Shown in pieces: positions 21,467 to 33,350 of a DNA stretch of 43,617 bases. A program made the position numbers and the translations under genes. The stretch's first letter is position 1; every line of letters begins with the position of its first letter. The notes beneath the pieces were generated by a model, which saw only the letters and a list, made by a program, of their open reading frames with translations, was not told where the DNA came from and did no database searches. This DNA comes from Reclinomonas americana ATCC 50394. Taxonomy: Eukaryota. The stretch covers positions 281,787 to 325,403 of the forward strand of contig PS015014.1 in the NCBI GenBank assembly GCA_048213135.1, written 5' to 3'.

Positions 21467-23896
21467 TTAGCGGAAACCGCGGTAGCTGGCAACCGGCGGC
21501 AGGTTGGAGGCAAAGTTGCCACCGCCACCGCGGCCGCCGCCGCCACCACCACGGTAGCCACCATAACCACCACCACCACCGCGACCGTAGCGGGGATTGC
21601 CCGACGGGCCACGCGACGACATGGCCATGGACTGCAGGTCCGGCGGCACCTCACCACCGGCCTCACGCAGAATCTTGACAATGTCGCGTGCCAGCTTGGC
21701 GTCCTTGACGCGGTCAAAGAACGAGTACGACACACCACGGGCACCAGCACGGCCTGTGCGGCCAATGCGATGCACGTAGTCCTCGGCGTTGTTCGGCATA
21801 TCGTAGTTGACCACGTGTGTGATATCCTTGACATCTGCACAAGGTGAAGCGAACGCACAAGGCGCACAGCAAAAAAAGAGACACAAGAATGGCACACGAA
21901 TTAACAACAATGACGACAACAGCAACACCAATGACGCAGCAAACACACACACACACGCACAAAAGCCCATGAACAACAGACACACAAAGGAAAGGAAGAA
22001 GAACAAGAGAAGAGAGAGAAGGAAAGTGAAGAACGAGAGTATAGAAATACACAGCGAGAAAGGAAAAGGCACCACCACCGCCCAGCCCGCCACAAAACCA
22101 CCATCCGTCGTCGCCACCACCACCACTGCCACCAGCCACCACCGCCAATCTTTTCTTCACGGCGCGCGCGCGCGCGCGCAAGCCGAGGTACACGACGTCG
22201 ATCGTCGTGCTCGGCTCCAAAATGCGCGCAACGCAGGATGGAAGGAAAATAAAAGAGCGGAAAAAAAGGCGAGCAAAAGAGAGAAAAAGGACTCGGACTA
22301 CCGACAGGATCCAATCTCACATCGTGAGGGAATGCAGTAGCCAAATCACTCGTCTCTCCCTCCCACCTCCCTCCACTCTCCTCCTCCTCCACCCCGGCAC
22401 GCACGAAACTTGCGCGACACATCAAACGAGTGCGCGCAAGCGTGCGCGCACACACACATAAAGGCGGTGGCTGGGTCGAGTCGGCCCCCAGCAGGCCGAC
22501 CAAGGCAGTGGGCGTCTCGTACCTCGAAGAGCAGCACAGCACACGGTGGCGCCGGACCGACACACAGCAGTGTGCCGGCGCATGCCGGCCGCTCTTCGAA
22601 TCAACAATAACAGTGGCGGTTGGCAGTGCGTGCACGCGCGCGCAACCACCGCTGCTGCCGATGCCTCGAGGCAGCAAGCAAGCAATGATCGCGCGCGCGC
22701 GCGCATGCACGCATTCATGCGCCCAGAGAGAGGGCGCTGACAACGGATTCTTCGAGGGGTGGCCAGAGGCTCCGGCAGCTGCAACAACCACGCACACACA
22801 CACATGCCCAACGACACAAATCCCCACACACATAGATTCAACCCGCCCCACACTTACCGAGACCACGAGCAGCCACGTCCGTCGCCACCATAATGGGGTG
22901 AGTGCCGGTCTTGAACTCGGCGAGCACCCAGTCGCGCTCCTGCTGCGTCTTGTCACCGTGAATCGCCAGCGCCGGGAAGCCGTCCATGCGCAGATCGCGA
23001 GTGATCTGGTCGGCGTTCTTCTTGGTCTCGCTGAAAATGATGACCTTGGACTTGCTGGAGGGCTGCATCACCTTTTCCAGCACCTTCATCAGGCTGTGGG
23101 AGGCGGAGAGGAGAGGTAAGTATTGTGCAGCAGGAGGGAAGAAATGAAAAGTCGATAGAAAGGCACGCACCACCCGCGCTTCTGGTAGCCGTCGACAAAC
23201 TCAAACAGCTGAGTCACGTTGTGGNNNNNNNNNNNNNNNNNNNNNNNNNNNNNNNNNNNNNNNNNNNNNNNNNNNNNNNNNNNNNNNNNNCGGCAGCTTC
23301 GACAGGTCCCAGTCGCGAATGTCGCGCAGGTTGGCGCCCAGCTGGCTCATAGAGTCGCCGCCGCCGCCAAAGCCACCGCCACCATAGCCACCACCGCCAC
23401 TGCCACCGTAGCTGCTGCCGCCGCCGTAGCCTGTTAGAAGAAAAAAGAGAAAAAGTGAGGACATGTGCAGATGCACATGCGCGTGGAGGAACAACACCAA
23501 AAAAAGCAAGCAAGCACGCACCACCACCGTAGCCACCACCCGAGGAGGAGCCACCACCATAGCCACCACCCGAGGAACCGCCATAGCCGCCAGCGCCGCT
23601 GCCGCTGCCGCCTGTTCACATAAAAAAGAGTCAGCGCCCGATTTGGAAGCACACACACACAGAAAGGGAGCGCAACTGCCATAGCCGCCGCGCGAAGACG
23701 ACGAGCCGCTGCCGCCAAAGTCGCGGTCAGGGGAGCTGCGGAGTGAGCTGTGGTGACGTAAGCAAGAGAGAGAGAGTGAGTGATGGACATGGATCAAGTT
23801 GGAAATGACCCCCACTTCAAACCTCTTGCGATCAGAAGAGCGCGAGTAGCTGTCGTACTCACGGTCGGAACGTCCACGGTAGTCGCGATCAGACAT
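21467..23896 (-). CDS. DBP2: DEAD-box RNA helicase DBP2/DDX5 (p68); N-terminal RecA domain falls in an assembly gap
   Basis: RGG/GYG-rich termini; [101 protein letters not shown]. Confidence 0.95.
21835..22857 (-). other. 1023-nt DBP2 intron in helicase motif V containing several hairpins
   Basis: GTAAGT donor at 22857, AG at 21835-21836; interrupts ARGL-D in phase 1; about 15 times the typical intron length in this window. Confidence 0.9.
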
Positions 23897-24170
23897 GTTT
23901 GGAGAGAAGAGGGATTTGTTGTCTGTGTGCGTGGAGCGCGCGAGAATTCAGTGATCACACACACTCAACGGGAAAAAAAGACACACGCCCACGCGAGTGG
24001 GAAGGGAGGCAAGGGAGGGAACGCACTGGAAGAAAGTTGAAGTTGGAAGGGTTTCGCAAGTCGGAGGATGCGAAGGGATAACGAGCGCGTGCACGGGGCA
24101 GCAAATGATAACTGAGTCGGTTGATTCGGCGGACGTTCGAAATCACTTTTTTCACACACACTCACAAGCA

Positions 24171-25196
24171 ATGGCGGCATCTGCATCGAACGGCGGCATG
24201 GAGGACCTGCCCGACTTTGAGGACCTGGACGAGTTGTTGCAGGGCCACGCCGAGCCGGAGCTCGTTGAGAAGAAGTTCCGTCACTCTTTATCTCTCTCCT
24301 CTGTTGTCTCTCGCTCTCCGCTGTGAGCATTCCTACACGCTCCTTCTTTGTATCCGGGTGTGTATGTGCTCCTGCGCACAAAGGGAGAAGTGTGCGTGTG
24401 CGTGTTTGTGCGTGCGCTGTCTCGGGAAATGGCAAACCCCGTCTTCTCCGCACCCGGCTCCTGTGCTTGCTGCCCGTGTTGCGTTGTGCCCGCCGAAGTA
24501 GTGTGCGGAGAAGAGGAGGAGAGGGGAAGGGGCGTGGGCCACAGTGCGTGCAACTGAACCAGGTCCAGTTGGTGTTGTCCGTCACTGTGGAACTCGCCCC
24601 CCCCCCCCCTCCTTCTCTCCTTGCACTGTTCGTTGAGCTTCTCGGGGCGCGCACCTTTTCCTCCATGCCTCCTCCTCTTCCTCCTCTCCTTTCTTTTCCT
24701 GCGACAACACACTTGTCGTTGTTGTGTCTTTCGTCCCGACATGCCGCCATGCACATGTCCGCCGCCTTCTCTCTCTCCTCCTCGCCCTCCTTCCCCCTCG
24801 TGCCACTCACCACACTCTGCTGCAACACACAGGGCTAATGCCTATNNNNNNNNNNNNNNNNNNNNGCTCATTGTGCGTCGGCGGTGCTGCTGCCGTCGTT
24901 CACGTCGTCCGCCCAATGAGTTCACTCACTTTTTTGCTTGCTTGCGCATGCAGTTGACCAACACGGGAACGCTGTCGGCGGTGCTGACTGTGGTGTTCTT
25001 TATTGGCCATGTTGCGTGTCCGTGGCGCGCCGAAACGCAAACCTTTCGTCGTCATCTAACTCGCGGACCTGTGCTGCAGGCGATTGCGTTGAACATGGAG
25101 GAAAAGTGGCACCTCAGCGGCCGCACGTGGGTCTGGACGGTGCACATCTGCCTGGCGCCGTTCTTTGTCGAGCCTCTACTGGCGCTCATCGGCTGA
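24171..25196 (+). CDS. Hypothetical small membrane protein; internal exons uncertain
   Basis: N-terminal MAASASNGGMEDLPDFEDLDELLQGHAEPELVEK. C-terminal hydrophobic exons LTNTGTLSAVLTVVFFIGH|AIALNMEEKWHLSGRTWVWTVHICLAPFFVEPLLALIG*. One short N-gap. Confidence 0.5.
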
Positions 25197-25231
25197 ACAA
25201 TACACACATACACACAGTAGTGCTCCATCCT

Positions 25232-28200
25232 TTATATATAGACGAGTTTCTCGGCGCGTCCCGATCGCTCGCCACGCCGCTTCGGAGGCGCCAGGAAGCC
25301 GAGATGCATGAGCTCGCCCACCGCAAAGAAGAACCTGGCTGTGCAGAAGCGTCGTCGTTATGGATAGCAGAGGTGATATTAACGAAGGCGAGGAGTGGGA
25401 GAGCGGTCGGCAAAGGATATTGTAAGGTGGCCTGCTTCGACGCCTTGCCCTTCGACTGTGAGGCTGCCTCGTCGCGCCGTTGCTGTGCGCGGAGTTCTGC
25501 GTCAAATGCGCGAAACAGGTCGGCGAGGTTGATCTTGCGGCCAGCCTCTTTGTACAACTTGAATCTGTGGGAGGCAGCAGTCAGCGCCACGGGGGATGAA
25601 GATTAGGATGAAAACAAGCAAACTTGTACGAAGCAGCAACGCAGTGTCGACATTGGGGAATTGGACAGCCAACTCGATATCGTGTTGCACATCGGGCAGC
25701 GAGCTGGCCAGAGCCGCGCGCGTCCAGTAGCGAAAGTCGGGATTGAACATCTGGGTGGGCACAGCTGTGTGAAACTCGCACATGTGCGCAACCAACGCAT
25801 CGAAGCACGCACTTGCTGCAGTGTACGTGGCGCGGCGTAGAAGCAGAATTCGTTTGCCAAGAACCGCTCGCCAGTCGGGAGCGACAGGATCCGTCTGCGT
25901 AGGCCATTGTCAGACAAAAAACGACAAGTGACAGTGGTGTTCCTGTTCTCAGACGCAGCTGGAAGAATGCGCGCACAGTCGCGACAATTTCAGTGACTAT
26001 GCGACCTGGATCGTCCTCCGCTCGAGCACCACCACCAGCACCAGCACTGCCACCACTTATTCTGTGTGCATTGCGCGCCAGTCCGTTAGTCCCATCGACG
26101 AAAGAGTTACCGAGTTGCATGCAACACAACTTGGAACGCTTCTTCGCTGGCTCGTCAGCATCGGTGTCGCCTCGTGATCGTCGACGACGGCGCTGGGACA
26201 AAACAATTGTCGATTAGTGGATGTGAAGAAAAAACAAGGAGAAGAGTGAATACACCAAGACAGTCAAGTCAGCACACACCCCAACGCCGTCGGCACTCGC
26301 TGTCACCTCGGCTTGTCGATCATCAGCACCGGCGTCTTCACCTTCGCCCCCAGCATCGGCATGTGCTTCTGCGGCAGCCAGAGAAGAGCTGGCGCGACTA
26401 CACAGGCGCACCAGTGGTTCATATTGCGTCGGCGCATACAGTGCATCGCCGCTGTTGGTGGTGGCCTCTTGCAACCTCGACAACAGTGTCCTGAGTGCCT
26501 GCACGCATTGCGAAGCAGGCCGTTTGCTGCAAGGCGCACTGAGTGTGAGCAATCGAGATGGACAAGACAACAACGGCTGCACGCGCAAAACCTCAGTGCA
26601 TCCATGTGTCGCTGAATCAGAGTGTGCCAGCCAGTGTCGGACTCGTTGTTCACTACACACACAACTCGTCAGTGCAACACTGACGGCAACGCACCCCGAA
26701 TTACGCACCGGCAACACCACTGGCATCTTCGCCGGCCAACGGACGCCGTGTGATGAACGACGTAATGTGCGCCTCCAATACTGCGCAAGTGTTTTCAGTA
26801 AAGACAGCCGACAACATTCGTATAGCGCGCAACGCACATTCCGGTTGCGACGCCTTGAGCCGCTCCCGATGATCACGAGCTGCCGTCACGACCAAGGCCG
26901 CGTAAATGTCACTCGCGGCGACCGGACTCTCTTCGTCGCCACACTCGCTCAGAAAATCGGCGCACAGATGGATGGAGGCTGCGCGCTGCATCGCCACGTT
27001 TTCCCAGTCAGCGACCATCACACCAGTGCATGCTGGCGCTCTCTCGTCGCACCTGTTGGTGTTCACGGGCTACCATCGTCACTGCCTCCGGCATCGCCTT
27101 TCGCAGTGCAATGTCGTCACCAAAGAGCACCAGCTGGCGATCGGCCTGATCGGCCAGGCTGCTCAGCCACCTGGAGTGCAACGCGGGTGTTAGGTCTGCG
27201 ATCTGCACCATTAAGACACACACACACACTCTCTCTCGTAGACGCACTGTCGGAAGCTGACAGTCCGCCGGAAGCGCGACAAGAAGCGGCGTGACAAGGT
27301 GTGGCACACTTGCTGCACCGAATTCAAGTCGTCCTCCGCCAGTCGAACAGCCAGGAAGGCGAGATCCGAGTCCTCCAGCAGGCGATGCCAGCAGTACTGA
27401 GGACGCACGCGACGAGATGAGGGGATGAAGAGAGGGTGCGTCACCACTGCCGACGCACCTTGGTCATGTGTATCAGCGACTGCACTGACGCAGTGATGCA
27501 GTCGTAGGTCTGCAGAATGAATTCGGCAACAGTGGGGTGGAGTGCCAGTGGTGAACGGCTGTCGTACATGCAGTGGCCGACGACAGCATTGCGCAGTCGG
27601 CGTGGAACGCCAGTGCAATCAATGGACTGCACGCGAGTGCGAAAGACGTGACGCGACTCGCACAGAGCGGCTGTTGTCGGATCACTGCCGTGTGCCAGCA
27701 CAGTGACCACCACCACGAATGGAATCGAGGCGGCGTACAGACCCAGAGTGTAGACCAGGTCCGACAGAGCGCCATACTCGAAGATCTCCGTCTGCAGCAC
27801 CGTGATCACCACATCGTCGCCTGCTCCCACCAGCGTCAAAACACAGAAAAAAAACATGGCACACGCTGATAATGTAGGAAGGCGAGACACACCATTGCCA
27901 CATTGCCCATACAACGCAATCAAGTCGTCAATGTCCATGTCGTTGGGGTCCATCTACAATTGAAAAGAGTGTGTGGGTGGCAACACCAATACCATGGACA
28001 GCAGTGATCGTGAAACCTTGCTGCCACGCGCAGCCGGCCGACCTGCTGCCGCCACAGAGCGATCCACCAGGGTGCGGCCGACTTGCGACACAATCTCTTG
28101 CAGGCACGACCCGGCATCGGTCCACACACGATGCGAAGGCAATTGCACTTGCAGTGGCGGATGAGCCCCGTACGCGCCGTGAAGAAGCACGGTGCCCCAT

Positions 28201-29398
28201 GCACTGGCGTCGAGTGCCGACGAATCTGCACCAATAGTTCTGCACGAGAACGCGGAAGATGGTGTATGTACCCCGTCGCGCGCACACACCTGTCAGCAGC
28301 AGAGCAACACGCACACGTTCTGCAGAGGCAGCGCCCGACAACTGCAAGAATTGCCGCAGTTGTGCGGCAGGCCCGCGAGTGGCATCCACGTAGCTGGCCT
28401 ACATGACGTGCGGCGTGTTAGAATCGACAGTGTAGCCGACAAGCACAAGCATACGCACCTCCACTGCCGCATCCAGCCACTTGCACACCACGTCAAACGC
28501 CGCCGACCGCATGCGTCGCATGATGAGTTCTGCGTGCACAGCAATGAGCATTCACGCCATTCGAACAGTTGCTTTCGTGCGACGCACCTGAGGCACGATG
28601 CGTAGCACGCTCCTTGGCGTCACGCAGACGCCGCCGTCGAACCACTGCTGTCTCCTCCTCCTCCTCCTCTTCACTGTCGTCACTCGACATGTCGGAGCTC
28701 GTGTCGTCTTCTTCCTCGCTGCTCTCCTCGTCGTCATCGTCGCTGCTGTCGTCGCTGCTGTCGTCCTCATCATCATCGTCATCGCTGCTGTCCTCATCCT
28801 CATCCTCATCATCGTCACTGCTGCTGTCATTGTCACCACTGCTACTGCTGTCGCGAACACGAAGCGGTCGACGACCAGGAACAACGCGACGACCGCGACC
28901 TCGACCGCGACCACGACCACGACCACGACCACGGCGACTGCTGCCGGCAGTGGCCGCCGTCGCCGCTGTCACTGCAGTTGTCGTTGTCGTCGCCGCCTTG
29001 GGTGCCACCACCACTCGACACGACGACGACGCCGCCGACACTCGTCTCCGTCGCGGCTCAATCTCGACCACATCCATCTCCTCCAGCAGGCGATCCACAG
29101 CCTCCTCGCCCGTCACCGACTGCTGCGTCAGCATCATTCCCGTCGACTTTCGTCGCTGTGAGCCTGCCGGTGTCGATGGCCCTGTGCCTGCTGCAGACGA
29201 CGAGGTCGACGCTCGTCGATGCGCACGCAGAGTCTGCCGGTGCGGATCGTGGTGCACTGCAGCGCGTTCGCTCTCTGTCAGCAGCGCCAGCAATCGCTGA
29301 CCCTCCCTCACACGCTTGCGACGAGTGTGTGTCCCATCCGCCTCTCCACCACCACCACCTGGTGGTGCGGGAGGAGGAGGAGGAGGCGGAGGCTCCAT
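25232..29398 (-). CDS. ORC3: Origin recognition complex subunit 3 with long N-terminal disordered extension
   Basis: Spliced segments match ORC3 motifs as I recall them: RVALLLTG; VVITVLQTEIFEYGALSDLVYTLGLYAASIPFVVVVTV; VAEFILQTYDCITASVQSLI; FLANEFCFY; C-terminal winged helix FKLYKEAGRKINLADLFRAF...LQARFFFAVGELMHLGFLAPPKRR. Confidence 0.85.
25341..25420 (-). other. U12-type (minor spliceosome) AT-AC intron, 80 nt
   Basis: 5' end ATATCCTTTG; branch-like TATCCATAAC about 16 nt from the 3' end; terminal AC. Removal gives in-frame TLQ|ARFFF. Confidence 0.88.
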
Positions 29399-29475
29399 AT
29401 CGCGTTGTGAAGAAAGTGTTGCATGTGGAATTTTCATCATCATCCTCTTCATCAACGCACGCGCACGCACACACC

Positions 29476-30127
29476 ATGTCTGGCCGCGATCACGGAAAGA
29501 AGAAGCGTTGCGTGTGCTCGTGCGCGCACANNNNNNNNNNNNNNNNNNNNGCGCTGTCGGCCTGCCTGCACGACGAGAGTGCGGTCGACGCCATGCGCGT
29601 GCTCCGGCGCCTGGCCAAACGCGAACCCGACCTGCGCAAGATCATCTCCCGCGACGAGGCCGCCGTGCATCGCCTCTTTGAGCTGCTCGACAGCGCACGG
29701 CACCAGGCCGCCCGCACACTCGGATCGCTGGAGACGGCGCTCATGGCGGTCGGCGAGCGGCAAGTGGCGGCCGTGGAACGCGCAGTTGGCGACGCCCAGA
29801 GCGCGCTCACGCCGGCCGTGAACGCCCTCATCGCCCGCCTCTTTGCGCATCGCGTGGCGCGCGACTCAGAGACGCTTCTCGCCGCCGTCTCGCGCATGGC
29901 CGACCCCGCGCACTTTCCCGTGCATCCCACGCGTCGCGCGGCCGCGCACGCCGTGCTGCGCTTCTGGGAGATCTCGCTGCGCGACTGTGCCGACGAGGGC
30001 ATTGCGGCGGCGCGTCGCTCGCTCGAAGCCGTCGGTGGTGTGGATGCTATGCGGCGGTTACACGCCGACGCACTGGAGCGCAACGACAAGGAGGAGAAGG
30101 AGTGGACGTCGCGTTTTCTGCGACTGT
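29476..30127 (+). CDS. ARM/HEAT-like helical protein, partial (runs into N-gap)
   Basis: MSGRDHGKKK then ALSACLHDESAVDAMRVLRRLAKREPDLRKIISRDEAAVHRLFELL...LEAVGGVDAMRRLH; amphipathic helical repeats. Confidence 0.5.
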
Positions 30128-30484
30128 NNNNNNNNNNNNNNNNNNNNNNNNNNNNNNNNNNNNNNNNNNNNNNNNNNNNNNNNNNNNNNNNNNNNNNNNN
30201 NNNNNNNNNNNNNNNNNNNNNNNNNNNNNNNNNNNNNNNNNNNNNNNNNNNNNNNNNNNNNNNNNNNNNNNNNNNNNNNNNNNNNNNNNNNNNNNNNNNN
30301 NNNNNNNNNNNNNNNNNNNNNNNNNNNNNNNNNNNNNNNNNNNNNNNNNNNNNNNNNNNNNNNNNNNNNNNNNNNNNNNNNNNNNNNNNNNNNNNNNNNN
30401 NNNNNNNNNNNNNNNNNNNNNNNNNNNNNNNNNNNNNNNNNNNNNNNNNNNNNNNNNNNNNNNNNNNNNNNNNNNNNNNNNNNN

Positions 30485-30900
30485 AGCGAACAGTGGTGGC
30501 GGTGGCTCGTCGTCGTCGTCGTCGCCCTGCAGCAGCTCGTCCAGGTGCTCCACCGCTGCGCGCGCCGCAGGTGAGCGAGCGAGTGATGGAGAGAGTGGAA
30601 TGCACACTTCACATACCATCCTCCGAGACCACCACAAAGGCGAGCACCATCAACGCCGACTGCCGGTGCCGTGGCTCGCCCACTGCCGCACTCAACGTGT
30701 GCACCAGGGCGCCATCACGCCACCGCACGACATCCGCCCGCTCCGCGTGTGTCGCCACTGTGTTGCTGGTTATCAAGTGTTGTCGAGAGACATCCACAAG
30801 TGTACGCACCACGCAACGCCTCACACAGCTGCTGCAGTGCCACCGCACGCTGCTCGGCATCGACCGCAGCTGCGGCGGCCACCATCACTTCCTCGAGCAT
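30485..30900 (-). CDS. 5' part of a hypothetical helical protein running into the N-gap
   Basis: MLEEVMVAAAAAVDAEQRAVALQQL.., ERADVVRWRDGALVHTLSAAVGEPRHRQSALMVLAFVVVSED|AVEHLDELLQGDDDD, with GT..AG spacers. Confidence 0.45.
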
Positions 30901-31178
30901 CGTTGGAGACAAGTGATTGAAACACAATGGAAGGATCGACCAACAAAAAAAGAACAGCGCAGCGCCATAGCCCCTTTTTCACTTCCTCCCTCTTCCACCA
31001 ACTGCATCGTCGCTCAGCCACCACAAGCACGCACGCACGCACAACTAGCAAAGAGAAAAAAACGCAAGAACGAATACACAGTGAAGGAAGAAGAGAGACA
31101 CAAGAGAAGCAAGCTGCACTGCCACTCCTCCTCCTCTCCCCTCCTCTCCCCTCCTCTTCCCTCCCTTCGTCATCTTCG

Positions 31179-31774
31179 TCACTCCCTTTGCGTGGCGAGC
31201 TTTGCACGCTCCCGCCACTCGGCGAGCAGCGAGTACTTCTCCTCGAGCGCCTTGCGCATTCTCTCCAGCACCTCCTCCAGTCGCGTGGTGTTCTCGCGAA
31301 TCGCCGGCAGCACCTCGCCTACTGTGCGCTCCACCAGCACACCGCCCACCATGCGGAAACACCGCCGTGCGCCATCGAGCTTCTCCAGTTGTCCCATCAG
31401 CGTACTATATAATGTGAAGGGAGTGGCATGTGTGTGCGTGAGCGATCAAGAGTGTGTGTGTGTGTGTGCTGGGGAGAGCGGTTGAGTGTGTGTGTTGTGT
31501 TGTGTATGAACATGTCGGTGAGCGCACGCAACTGGTGCTCGCTGCGTTCCCGCTCCAGGTCTTGCACCTTTTGCGAGTGCGACGACACCTCCTTCTGCAG
31601 CGCCTCGTACTTTTGCACCACCTCCTCAGGGCTCATATCCTCAGCATGTGCAGAAGATGATGATGATGATCCTGAGCCAGATCCGCTGGCTCCTCCTGCT
31701 GGTGATGATGCTGCAGGTACGACTGCTGCTGATGCTGCTGCTGCTGGTGCTGCTGGTGGCGCCGCGTCGCTCAT
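31179..31774 (-). CDS. PFDN2: Prefoldin subunit 2, 1 intron (31405-31532)
   Basis: EVVQKYEALQKEVSSHSQKVQDLERERSEHH|TLMGQLEKLDGARRCFRMVGGVLVERTVGEVLPAI; RCFRMVGGVLVERTV.EVLPA is the PFDN2 signature. Confidence 0.93.
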
Positions 31775-31866
31775 CGTTGTTTGAGTGAGTGTGTGTCGTG
31801 ATCCACCGGTTCAGTCGGGTGAACGAATCGCGTTCATTTCCCCCACCCGCACAATCAACAGCGAAA

Positions 31867-33088
31867 AGTGCGTCTGCTCTCTGTGGCCTCTCGCGGGTCA
31901 CTGCCCGCTCTCTGTCTCCGTCTCTGCGTGTGTGTGTGCGCCTGTGTGTGTCGTGTGTTGTGATGGGCTTGTGCGTGTCTGTGTGCGTGCGTGTGTGCGC
32001 CATGCGCATGCCGTACATTTGCATGGCCACCGCCCTCGCTCTCCCCGTGCCCCCCTCTCCACGCAGTTTGTGTGTCTGCGTGTGTGTTGCGGGGTGTTTG
32101 TCTCTCTGTGGAACGAAAAACTGGCTTCTCTCTGTCTCGAGTCATGATGGGGCGCTGATTGTGTTTGTTTGTTTGCAGTGGTGCGACACAACAACATGAT
32201 CCCCAATGCCCACTTCCACAAGCAGTGGGACCGCCGCGTGAGGACGTGGTTTGACCAGCCGGCCAAGAAGGTCGCTCGTCGCCGCGCTCGTGCCGCCAAG
32301 GCAAAGCAGGTCAGCATATCAAATGATGATGGTGGATGACAGATATCAAGGCCGCTGACTCCTTCTCTCTGTGTGTTTGCTTGTCAAGATCTACCCGCGA
32401 CCTGTGCAGGGCCCCCTGCGCCCGGTGGTGCGCGCACAGACTGTGCGCTACAACACCAAGGTGCGCGTCGGCCGTGGCTTCAGCATGCGCGAGCTGGCGG
32501 TACGTGGATGATGATGTTGGATGATGGCGAGTAGGCCCTGCAGCGCGCTCAATCGGCGACTGTCTGTCTTGTGTGTGTGTGAGAGTAGGAGGCTGCCATT
32601 CCCAAGCGCTTTGCACGCACCATTGGCATCTCTGTGGATCACCGCCGCAAGAACCGCAGCGCCGAGGGTCTGCAGACCAACGTGCAGCGCCTGAAGGTTT
32701 GTTGTTGTGTGTGTGTGGTGGAACGGCAGTGCAGGCAGGTGCGGGTCCTCAATACGTGCTGTGGTGCTAGGCATACATGGCCAAGCTGGTCCTGTACCCG
32801 ATCAAGAAGAACAAGCTGCAGGCTCGCGAGGTCGCCCCGGCTGAGTTCAAGACCCTGGGTCAGGCCAAGGGTGCTCTGCTGCCGCCCAAGGGCCCGGCTC
32901 CCCGCTCGATGGTACTGCTCGCACACCTCTCCTTCCCACGTATACGCATGAGGATCTCATTGTTGTTGTCGCAGTCCCGCGCCATCACCGACGCTGACAA
33001 GGCATTCAAGGCATACGGCACTCTGCGTAACGAGGCAGCCAATGCCCGGCGTGTGGGCAGCCTGCTCAAGCGCCGCAAGGACAAATAA
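31867..33088 (+). CDS. RPL13: 60S ribosomal protein eL13; start codon split by intron 1
   Basis: [113 protein letters not shown]. Confidence 0.96.
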
Positions 33089-33350
33089 TCAGACTACTGA
33101 GCAGCCTCTGGCTCGCGCTACTCTTGCTGTTGTCGTTGTGGGTGCGCATTCCAGCTTGCGCGGCTGCCTGGGAGGTCACCTCGCACTCACCGCCATTGTG
33201 TTGGTGGTGGAGGTGTGGTGGTGAAGTATCTTGTGTGGCTGTGTAAGTGAAGACATGCGTTTCTATGCACGTGGTCTTGCGCAGGCGCACACTCTGCTCT
33301 CCGTTGACAGTGTCGTGTTTGTAGGATTTTTCCCTTCATTTTTTCCTCGC

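Noticed and set aside
23225-23290. DBP2 as a truncated gene or pseudogene lacking the DEAD domain
   Set aside because: The missing region coincides with an N-gap that is probably undersized, and the flanking exons are intact.
28978-31485. 835-aa plus-strand ORF and other very long ORFs spanning N-runs (33424-35667, 39583-41616, 42313-43608)
   Set aside because: Artefacts of reading through Ns, GC-rich sequence and the antisense strand of real genes.
32323-32360. Box C/D snoRNA in RPL13 intron 2
   Set aside because: ATGATGA to CTGA spans under 40 nt, the CTGA doubles as the branch point (GCTGAC), and there is no terminal stem.
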